Shown piece after piece: positions 40,538-49,400 of a stretch of 64,000 bases of DNA. The stretch spans positions 640,001-704,000 of the forward strand of contig OY771555.1 in NCBI GenBank assembly GCA_963674785.1, read 5' to 3'. The translations under genes were made by a program, and so were the position numbers. Within the stretch, counting starts at the first letter, position 1, and every line of letters starts with the position of its first letter. The notes under the pieces are model-generated. The model was not told the origin of the DNA. It was given only the letters and a program-made list of their open reading frames with translations, and made no database searches. The stretch comes from Caldisericia bacterium. GTDB taxonomy: Bacteria; Caldisericota; Caldisericia; JAAYUI01.

Positions 40538-41359
40538 TTATTCCTTCTGGCAACTTGGACAATAATAAACACTGCCTCCAAGATATGCCTGTTTGATGAT
40601 GTCTCCTCCGCAAATCGGGCAGGGGTCTTTGTATGTTTTTGCTGAAAGCAGGGTTTTATACCCGCCGGGTTTACCAAAGATGTCCTTTTCGGTATCGCGA
40701 CCGCCATGTTTTGTTATCTCAGAAAGGATGTTTTTGACAGAATCAAACATGTTTTTCAGCTCAGAATCTGATAAAAACTGAATCTTCCTTTTTGGGTGAA
40801 TGCGTGCGTTAAAGAGGATGTCTTGAAGGACTCCGTTACCTATGCCTGGAATCCTTTGTTCTGTTGCCAGAAATGCTTTTGCGCTTTTTTTTTCGTTGCC
40901 AGTTATCAATGATTTGAAGTATGGATAATCAAAAGCATCGGTAAGAGGCGATGGCTTTTCCTTGGCCATCTGATAATATTTGTTATCAAGAGTACCTCGA
41001 ACAAAAGCTCCAAGTCCTCCATACATGGCAATTGAGCAGACGATAGATGTGCCGTCATCAAACTCTACCAGTAGTTGGTGTTTTGCTGGTAGCTTGCTCC
41101 CACTTTCAAAAAAACGGATGTTTACCCCATCCCCGAAAAGAAACTCAATGTCGCCTGCTGAAATTGAAACAAGAGCACCAAAGCTTTCTGTGCCGTCTAT
41201 TTTTTTACCGGTCAAAAGATCACTGTATTTTTCCTTGTCTCCATAAAACCAAGCGAGTTTATGTGGGCTTTTTTCTGTGATGACATTATTTATGGTTTTC
41301 CCGACAATTGTGCTACCAAGTTGTTTTGCAATGTTTATCGCCTCAGGCATCTCAAGCAT
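40538..41359 (-). CDS. Fpg/Nei family DNA glycosylase-like protein (endonuclease VIII-like)
   Basis: MLEMPE N-terminus, H2TH motif IPGIGNG..QDILFNARIHP, C-terminal Zn finger CPICG..YYCPSCQ. Confidence 0.9.
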   Translation of the reverse strand: MLEMPEAINIAKQLGSTIVGKTINNVITEKSPHKLAWFYGDKEKYSDLLTGKKIDGTESFGALVSISAGDIEFLFGDGVNIRFFESGSKLPAKHQLLVEFDDGTSIVCSIAMYGGLGAFVRGTLDNKYYQMAKEKPSPLTDAFDYPYFKSLITGNEKKSAKAFLATEQRIPGIGNGVLQDILFNARIHPKRKIQFLSDSELKNMFDSVKNILSEITKHGGRDTEKDIFGKPGGYKTLLSAKTYKDPCPICGGDIIKQAYLGGSVYYCPSCQKE

Positions 41360-41867
41360 TTTTCATGCTCCTTTTCTTTGGATAAAAGACCTCAAAAAGC
41401 TCTATGTAGTCAGGGATAAATTCCATTTTAGGTTTTTGAAACCAAAAGGTTGCACCGTTGCACTTTTCTATTCTTCTTCCATCAATGGTATAGATCTTTT
41501 GAAACCGGCATGAATTGTCATCCCGACTGTATTTGCAGTGTTTGCATTTGCCAAAATCACCAACAAACACTTCTTTGATATGAGGTTTTGCCTTTTCTAT
41601 AAACTCTCTGTGTTTATCAACCTTTGAAAAATAGAGTCTCAGAACCAAACCATCATCACGCAGATAAATCCTGGCATATGATTTGTCGCTTTTGACTCCC
41701 TTTTTTCGATAGATAATCATGTCATTGCCCCAACAGTGACCCTCAACAGTTTCCCCGCTGCAGGTGTATCCAAGCCTCTCAAATTCTGCATCAATCATAT
41801 CTATAAATTTTCTGTCAGGATCAGAGATATAGCCAAACTTCTCATCATTAAGCACATCACTTATCAT
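41352..41867 (-). CDS. Hypothetical protein with Cys cluster (CKHC..C..C), overlapping the fpg/nei start
   Basis: Protein-like ORF. The upstream ATG at 41927 lies within a REP-like hairpin, so 41867 is preferred. Confidence 0.7.
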   Translation of the reverse strand: MISDVLNDEKFGYISDPDRKFIDMIDAEFERLGYTCSGETVEGHCWGNDMIIYRKKGVKSDKSYARIYLRDDGLVLRLYFSKVDKHREFIEKAKPHIKEVFVGDFGKCKHCKYSRDDNSCRFQKIYTIDGRRIEKCNGATFWFQKPKMEFIPDYIELFEVFYPKKRSMKNA

Positions 41868-41900
41868 GATTGTAAGTGTAACATATGGTGCAAGAATCTT

Positions 41901-41980
41901 AACCCTCCCTGCTGACTTCGTCACCATCCCTCCCTCTCAGGGAGGGCATTTTAGACCCGTCATTCCGGGCTTGACCCCGG
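41901..41980. repeat. REP-like palindromes
   Basis: ccctccctctcagggaggg and gtcattccgggcttgaccccgg. Confidence 0.6.
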
Positions 41981-42097
41981 TGTAAACATGATGGGTGAGA
42001 AAATACACCTGGTTCCCATCTGACCTGATATAATCATTTGCGAAAAACCATCATCAGGAGTACAATAGAAACTGAAAAAAGAAAGTGAGGTGTAAAA

Positions 42098-44386
42098 GTG
42101 AAAATAACCAAAAATCTCGTTGTAGCCGTTGTTGTTTTAGTGCTTGGTCTGACCCCGACTCTGTTTGGTTGTGGTGGCCCAGATGTTGTTGATAAAGACA
42201 TCTCAGGAACAGTCTCAGAAGAGAATTTGACACTTGGAAAAACAGATGGAGTATCTGTCACATTCTCTCCAATGGATATCGACGCTGAAGCCGAAGTGAA
42301 AGTAACAAAAGTTGAACTTGAAAACACCTCAGAAGACCCAGATGCAACAGTTACAGCCTATGACGTCACATGCACTGGAAAACACGAATTCATCTCACTT
42401 ATAGAGATAACAATCCCCTATGATGCAGAAAAAATCGAAAGTGGTGAAAACCCTGCTGATTATGTTGAGGCTTTCTATGTGAATGATGAAACGGGTGTTT
42501 TGGAGCCCATTGTTTACGAACTGGATACTGAGAAAAATCTCGCAATCATCACAACAGACCATCTTTCAGAATTTGCTGTTTTTACCTATAGCAAGAAGTA
42601 CACAAGAAAAACAACAATTTCTGTGAATTCTGCTGCATATATAAACATGATTGGTGGTGATAGAGAAACCTACAAAAAAGTGTTTGAAGAAGTTTTTGCA
42701 AATGGCGGAACACCAGGTGACATAACACTTGAAACAGGGTTCAACATTGCAAATGAGGCTTTGGGAATATCTGGTAACGCCCTCACATTTGTCACAGAGG
42801 CGATGTATTCGACAGAGCTTCTGGGTAACTTTGGAAATCTTTTCACAGGACTAGGTGTTGCAGCAGCAGCACTTCAGGCTGCATATGACTGGAAAAACTG
42901 GGAAAAGGATGATGGACTCGCCTTCAAAACAAACCTCACAAAAAATGTCTCTTATCTTACAGTTTCATTTGTGGGAAGCAGTGCTGCAAAACTTGCATCA
43001 GTTGGTGTTTTTGCAATTGATTATTCTCTCAACAAGTTTGGCTCGGAAGCCTGGGCAGGAAGAAACGCCGTTTATCAGAAGGCCTATAACGCTTATTACA
43101 CCGATATGTATCGTGGTGGAAAACTTGCAAGAACTCTTTATTCAAGGCTTTTGGATGAATACAAAAAACATGCTGGTAGCCCCCAGAGTTTTGATTTGAG
43201 TGCTGCAACTAAAAAAGTTGTGATGGATTTTGCAGGAGAATTCTGGGCTGATGATGGCAACCTTCCTGTTTATCTTCAGCAGGTTGGAATCACATTCTCA
43301 GGGTACGGTGGACTCAACAAAAATACGATAGAAGAAACAAAAAACTCCTATTATGTTGAGCTTATGCAAACAGTTATGCAGCCCGTATTTGTGAGTCTTC
43401 GCAATAAGATTACAAATGACATCAAGCTTGAATACATGAAAAAACTCTATGCTGTCAAAAATGAAATGAACAGAAGAGTACCAATAATCATCACTGAGTC
43501 AAAGGAAAATGATGATGCTGAATATAAATATGCAAACCACCAGATAAGGTTTGCACCTCTTGCCCCCGAGGCTGACAAAACATACTGGACTGGAAAACTT
43601 AAAAATGATGCGACTGCAAAGTCATATTTTACAGTGATTGGATATATCACAAGTGGGATACCAACAAAGCTTGAAATTTACGCTCCAGATGCTGATCTTG
43701 AAACTGCAGAACCCGTGGAGGTTATTGATTTCAAGTTCACGCTTGATATGAAGGAACTTAAGATTGACATAGGTTCAAGCCCACCAACACTTGATGATCT
43801 TGTCGGCACCTGGGAGAACAGGAACAACAAACTTACACTTCTTAATGCTGATGCAAACTGGGATGAAATGAAACAAAATCTGCTTGCAGCATCTGAACAA
43901 GCAACACAAGAGCTGAAGGAAGAGTATGGCTGTGAAGAGGGGATTGACCTTAGCCCTGAAACAATTGACCAGGTTGAGAGTAGTCTAAAAGCTTATATCG
44001 GCACATCACAATATATGATCTTCAATATTGGAAAGGTAAATGAAACAACTGGGAAGATGACGTTTGTTTCATTCCCAGATGCCTCAGAGGGGCAGTGTGA
44101 TTCAACAGCTGGATTGACTTTTGAATTTACGTATGATGCTGGAAATATGACCGTGCTTTACGGTTCACTTATCGATTTTTTGAAAACATCATCTCAAGAA
44201 GGAGTTGATATGGGTGCTGTTCCATTTATCCCGGGAAGTGGCAAACTGACAGCTACATTTGCGAGAAATGCTGATGGAAAAAAGACAATAATAATCGATG
44301 GCAACCTTGATTATTCGATGGTTGATACTGGTGAAGAGTTCCCATTTAGAATGTATATCAACTATGGAATACATGGAGAAAAGTAG
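42098..44386 (+). CDS. Lipoprotein (762 aa) with ZU5/GPS-like T.HLS.FAV motif and hydrophobic helical region
   Basis: GAGGTG RBS, lipobox LFG-C, IITTDHLSEFAVF. Confidence 0.82.
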   Translation: MKITKNLVVAVVVLVLGLTPTLFGCGGPDVVDKDISGTVSEENLTLGKTDGVSVTFSPMDIDAEAEVKVTKVELENTSEDPDATVTAYDVTCTGKHEFISLIEITIPYDAEKIESGENPADYVEAFYVNDETGVLEPIVYELDTEKNLAIITTDHLSEFAVFTYSKKYTRKTTISVNSAAYINMIGGDRETYKKVFEEVFANGGTPGDITLETGFNIANEALGISGNALTFVTEAMYSTELLGNFGNLFTGLGVAAAALQAAYDWKNWEKDDGLAFKTNLTKNVSYLTVSFVGSSAAKLASVGVFAIDYSLNKFGSEAWAGRNAVYQKAYNAYYTDMYRGGKLARTLYSRLLDEYKKHAGSPQSFDLSAATKKVVMDFAGEFWADDGNLPVYLQQVGITFSGYGGLNKNTIEETKNSYYVELMQTVMQPVFVSLRNKITNDIKLEYMKKLYAVKNEMNRRVPIIITESKENDDAEYKYANHQIRFAPLAPEADKTYWTGKLKNDATAKSYFTVIGYITSGIPTKLEIYAPDADLETAEPVEVIDFKFTLDMKELKIDIGSSPPTLDDLVGTWENRNNKLTLLNADANWDEMKQNLLAASEQATQELKEEYGCEEGIDLSPETIDQVESSLKAYIGTSQYMIFNIGKVNETTGKMTFVSFPDASEGQCDSTAGLTFEFTYDAGNMTVLYGSLIDFLKTSSQEGVDMGAVPFIPGSGKLTATFARNADGKKTIIIDGNLDYSMVDTGEEFPFRMYINYGIHGEK

Positions 44387-44396
44387 ATAGTAACTG

Positions 44397-45197
44397 ATGC
44401 TCCCAAAGATTTCTTTTTTTGGGTACATAATTTCAACATATCCGGTGATGGTGTTTGTTAGCTCCGTCACCGGTTTGTTTTTGCTTGTCTATAATCTTAT
44501 CAAAGATGATTACAAGTGGTCTTTTGTTTTAAAGATGATACTTGGAATCATCATAGGCTTTTTCACTTTTGCAAGGCTACTGAATGTTTTATTGCATCTT
44601 GATTACTACAGGCTTGCACCAAGCCTGATTTTCAGGTTTCAACTGAAGGGTTTTTCTGTTCTTGGTGGGATGATTGGGGCATCTTGTGTGTGTCTGTTTT
44701 TGTTGTGGAGAGAAAAGAAGGATTTTAAAAGATTTTTTGATATAACTGTTATCCCCTTTTTCACTGGTTTTTTTCTCATGAAGATTGGCTGTTTTCTAAA
44801 TGGCTGTTGCGGCGGGAAAATTACAGCAAGCTGTTTGGGTGTATCCTTCCCGACATCCCCTGCTGCCTCTAACCCCATGAAGATGCTTGATTTTGTATCA
44901 GGACTTTTGATGATTCCAAAAGCAGTCTTTCCAACACAGCTTTTTGAAAGCTTTGCAGCACTTATCTTTATTCCAGTGGTACTGCTGATAAGAAGAAAAA
45001 ATCTTGCTACTGGCAAGCTTTTTATAATTTCCGCTATCTATTTTTTGTGTTTTCGGTTGGTCATTCACTTTTTCAGGGATTTCCCCTATCCACCAGTGGT
45101 AGTCAACATCATCTATCCTGCTATCTATGTTGCCCTTATTGCAACCCTAGTTTTTTGTTATTTTTGGATATACAGGAAAAGTACTAAGAGTGCTTGA
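44397..45197 (+). CDS. lgt: Prolipoprotein diacylglyceryl transferase family protein (divergent)
   Basis: About 7 TM; GFSVLGG, KIGCFLNGCCGG, FPTQLFES, YF.FR..I.FFR. Confidence 0.8.
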   Translation: MLPKISFFGYIISTYPVMVFVSSVTGLFLLVYNLIKDDYKWSFVLKMILGIIIGFFTFARLLNVLLHLDYYRLAPSLIFRFQLKGFSVLGGMIGASCVCLFLLWREKKDFKRFFDITVIPFFTGFFLMKIGCFLNGCCGGKITASCLGVSFPTSPAASNPMKMLDFVSGLLMIPKAVFPTQLFESFAALIFIPVVLLIRRKNLATGKLFIISAIYFLCFRLVIHFFRDFPYPPVVVNIIYPAIYVALIATLVFCYFWIYRKSTKSA

Positions 45198-45242
45198 GGA
45201 AAAAACCCAAAATATTGAATACTTGTAAGAAAGCAAACATTA

Positions 45243-45689
45243 TTGTATATATTTATATATCAATTTATGGAGTGTGAGAAGATGAAAACAAATTCTGGTT
45301 TAGTGAAGGTTTCAGTGATAATTGCGACAGTATTGTTCTTGTCTATTGCGATCTTTCAGATACTTGTACTACTTGGTGTTTTCCCAGTTTCTATGACCTG
45401 GGGTGGGCAATTTGAGACTATCACTCCTGTATTGATGATTTCAAATATTATTGCGTTTTTTCTGCTCACTTTTTTTGCCTGTGTGATTTGGATACGTGCC
45501 GAGATTTCAAAGGGAAGAACCCCTTCAAAATTCTTTTTTGTTATGTCATGGGTTATTACTGGGCTTATGCTTCTTAATACTCTGGGCAATATCACATCAA
45601 AGAGCGCCCTTGAAAAAATGATATTTACTCCAGCGACAATTATTTTATTTGTTACATGTCTTATTGTGTCGCTTTCAAAGACAAAGTAG
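45243..45689 (+). CDS. Small 4-TM membrane protein
   Basis: Hydrophobic, with WGG and N..GN..SKS..EK motifs; true start is probably ATG 45282. Confidence 0.75.
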   Translation: MYIFIYQFMECEKMKTNSGLVKVSVIIATVLFLSIAIFQILVLLGVFPVSMTWGGQFETITPVLMISNIIAFFLLTFFACVIWIRAEISKGRTPSKFFFVMSWVITGLMLLNTLGNITSKSALEKMIFTPATIILFVTCLIVSLSKTK

Positions 45690-45771
45690 TTTTTGATACA
45701 TCTTTGGGTGCATGAAATAATCCTTTATACATGAAGTAATTTCTGATAGTGTTTGTAGTTTTAAAAACTAC

Positions 45772-45800
45772 TTGACATAACAGATACTAATATGTATAGT
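45772..45800 (+). promoter_or_regulatory. Sigma-70 promoter of the Fis-like gene, followed by a DnaA box at 45828
   Basis: TTGACA-17-TATAGT; TTATCCACA at 45828-45836. Confidence 0.75.
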
Positions 45801-45861
45801 TTATAAACATACTACTGAAATTTGAATTTATCCACATTGAGAAAAATAATCCCCAGGGGGT

Positions 45862-46161
45862 GTGCGAATGTTAATAACTTCCGATATATTGAGCGAAGAG
45901 ACACGTGCAAAAATTGCACAAGAGATTGCAGCAGCTATTGATGTGAATGGTGCAGAAGTTGTTATTGAGGGTATAAATTACGAGTTTAAAAGCGAATCCC
46001 TGAATCTCAAAGATGTCACACGCAGAACCCTTATAAAAGCTATTGCAAAATCCCGTGGCAAGATAACTGACTCTGCAACAGCACTTGGTGTAACCAGGAA
46101 AACCCTCTATGCGATGATTGAGAGATACGGATTACAGTCAGTAGTAAACATGCATGAGTAA
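45862..46161 (+). CDS. Stand-alone Fis-family (HTH_8) DNA-binding protein
   Basis: LKDVTRRTLIKAIAKSRGKITDSATALGVTRKTLYAMIERYGL matches the Fis/bEBP C-terminal HTH; no AAA+ domain. Confidence 0.85.
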   Translation: MRMLITSDILSEETRAKIAQEIAAAIDVNGAEVVIEGINYEFKSESLNLKDVTRRTLIKAIAKSRGKITDSATALGVTRKTLYAMIERYGLQSVVNMHE

Positions 46162-46298
46162 TTTTTGAATATATGTGTAATATTTATCCAATACGGGGCT
46201 TCTTTACTCAAAATCACCCACTTTCTTCAAATCTTCTGTGGATAACCCTTGGTCTACAGTGAGGGGAAATAGCCTGTATTATTGAAGGTTTGATTCTC

Positions 46299-46314
46299 TG
46301 GCATACAATTTGCA
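46299..46314 (+). promoter_or_regulatory. Sigma-54 (-24/-12) promoter of giant protein 2
   Basis: TGGCATACAATTTGCA with correct GG-N10-GC spacing; DnaA box TGTGGATAA at 46237. Confidence 0.8.
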
Positions 46315-46457
46315 TAATGATAGGCGGAGCCGTAGTCATGGTGTCTATGGCTGAGCTATGTATCAGCATAACAATGGGCTGACCAGTGCTTTCTCTGGTT
46401 AGTCAAAGTGAACTGAAAGCGTATTGCCTGCGAGCGCAGGTGAAAGGAGACAACGCA

Positions 46458-49400
46458 ATGAAGAAGATCATAGGATTTATGATTGCATTGTTCTTAGTAG
46501 CGTCATCACTGGTAGTCCCAGGTATGATGATCGAGACAACATCAGCTGCCGAAACTGATGTTCCAGCAATTTTTATCGCAAACCGCTGGGCACCAGTCGG
46601 AGCCAGATGGAATGGTAACAGTCTCGTAGCAGAGAGAACACGTGAATTTGATGGTGTTGGCACCTCATGGGGAACCACCCAGTACAAGATGCCAGGACCA
46701 GGTGCAACAATGGAGATTAACCCAATGTCAGCACCAAATGGAGTTGTTATTAACGTAACTCCAGACAGAATCACTGCTCCATTCCCATCTGTTGCAGATG
46801 ACCAGAGATATTCTATTCCAATGTATTGGACAGAGTTCTATCTCAGAGTCGAACCTGCAATGGGTGAATCACAGGAGTATGAGAGATGGTATGCAGTCGT
46901 CGACGACATGGGACAGCTCTGGTTTGACCCAGATGGAAGATTCCATGATGGCAGATACTGCGCAACAGCAGATCCAAACACCGAAGCATATAAATACTTT
47001 GGCGGAACTGGTAATGACAATTGCAAAAACAACCCACACACAAAGGTTGACCCAAGCAATGCAAACAATACCCAGGGACCATACCTTTATATGCCAACCA
47101 CCCTCTATGGTTTCTTCAACTATGGAGTCAGAGTAAGTGAACCAGGTAGCTACACAGATCCAAGCAACTACCCACTTTTCGACACTGACCCAGAGACAGG
47201 TGGACTTTTCTTTGTTCCAGATCCAGACCGCACACATGGAACAAAGAGAACATTCCAGGTTGGATACAACGATATGCCAGACTTCCCACTCCTCAGAGAT
47301 GGTGCATCAACAATTACCCTTGCCGGAATCTCAAGACCAAACATTCCAGCAATCGGAACCAATCTTGTTGACACAGTAGTCGGCGTAACAACAGTTATCA
47401 GAGACACAACTGTCTTACCATATGAGACAGATGAGATTGATGACTGGGATGTTTCACTTCCATACGTCAGATTTGTTGATGGTTATGATGCAAGCATTGC
47501 TATTCCTCCACTTCCACCAAGCTTCCCACCAGGACCTCCAGGTGCATATGATGACAACCTTATGCCTCCACTCGTAGACCTTAACAACTACTTTGCAGTT
47601 GATAATGATCTCTTTGAGTATGGTGAAGAATGGCATTCAGCAAACATCGTTCTCGACCCACCACCAAACCAGGCAGGACAGCCAATGCAGAACTTCACCG
47701 GTGTTAGAATGGATATATATGATCCAGGTGAATGGATCTACAGAGCCGGTATGAACTTCATGGCTATTGCGCCAAACTTACAGGCAGTTCATGGTTACGA
47801 TTACACAAACCCAGTAGAAACATATGACTATGCATACTTTGGTTGTACAAGACTTACACCTGTTTCCATGAGATACAACGGACAGTTCTTCAACTATGCA
47901 CCAGGTTCAATCGTAAGAGACGCAACCAATGGTGGACAGTATGGAACATACGAAGAAGGCGACGACGTTGACCTTCTCGATCCAGTGACTCTCCAGTCCC
48001 CACATCTCCTCTACAGATTCCCACTTGCAGATTCAAACTTCCAGGGACCAGGAACAGGCCCATCAACCCTTCAGCACGAAGCATATGAAACAGTCCATCT
48101 TGACAACTACAACTACAACGCAAATGAGAGATGTACTTCAGGTGCAAACTACTACGATCCTTATGAAGGAATCTACATGAAATCCAATCAGAGTGGCGGA
48201 GAAACATCAATCCAGCCAGGAGATTGGAGACTTACAAACGTTAACGGTAACTCTTATTCAATCGATGCATGGATGGGTTGGATTGGCAGAGACGGTGGCA
48301 CACTTCCAGCAGCCGGTGGAACAGAAGAGAGACTCTTCTCACTCGGTGGAATGTGGCACGGTGATGTCCTCGTCCTCTCAGAAATCGTAACTGGTGGATG
48401 CGACTCACCAGAGTACAACCTCTCAGTTCAGACAGATGTCTGGGAAGGAATGATCCCATCAGAAACATGTGCAGCACTCAGATCACCTAACGATGATTTT
48501 GATAGACTCGCACAGAACGTCCAGAAAAACGCAGTTCTTGACCCAACCGGAACAAACTTCCAGTATCCAACAACTGTTTTCCAGGACATGAAATTTGGTT
48601 ACAGAGAATTTGTTGGTGTCCAGGTTTGGCACGATGACAACAAAGACTGCAACCTCGGACTCCAGGAAACAGGTCCAGTACCTCCAGGCGAGAACTTATT
48701 CATGCTCAACCTCGCAGATGACTATATCCAGGGAAGAACTGGTGAAGCACACATCGGTATGGCTGACGGTTATGCAGCAAAAGATGTTGGCAGAACCCTT
48801 TCACAGTTCTGGGCAGAAAACATTGATCCATCATTCAATGGTTATGGTCTTGGTGACAACTGGAACGGACCACTCACACCAGTAGAACCAGGTCCAAGAT
48901 TCTATGACACCCACAATGCAGGTGGATACACCAACGGTGGTGTTGTAAACCTTAACATGTATGGTGTTGGCGAAGCAATTTATTACGATACAGACGCAAA
49001 CTACGACATTTCTGCTGGTGACGTCAGAATGAGCGACGTTACAGTACAGCGTGGAAATGGCACATTTGCCGAAATCGTAAAATATAACAAAGGTTCAATT
49101 GTTACAGCAGGTGATGCTGATGTTAACATGAGAAACGGCGTTGGCGATGACCTTTCTGAGTTCGTTCCAGTAATGAACCCAGCAGGACAGGTTATCTATT
49201 GGCCAATGTACTTCGATGAGAGAATCGAAGACGTAGTAAACCCAGGCAAATATTTCGAAGTAAACGGAAGATTTGACACAGACGAAGCAATCTATGACGC
49301 ATCCTACACCGGATATGCAGTAGTTGCTCCAGGATTCCAGAGACTTACAGAAATTAACCTTGGTGGAGTTACCTATGCAGCAGGTTCAACCATTGAACAG

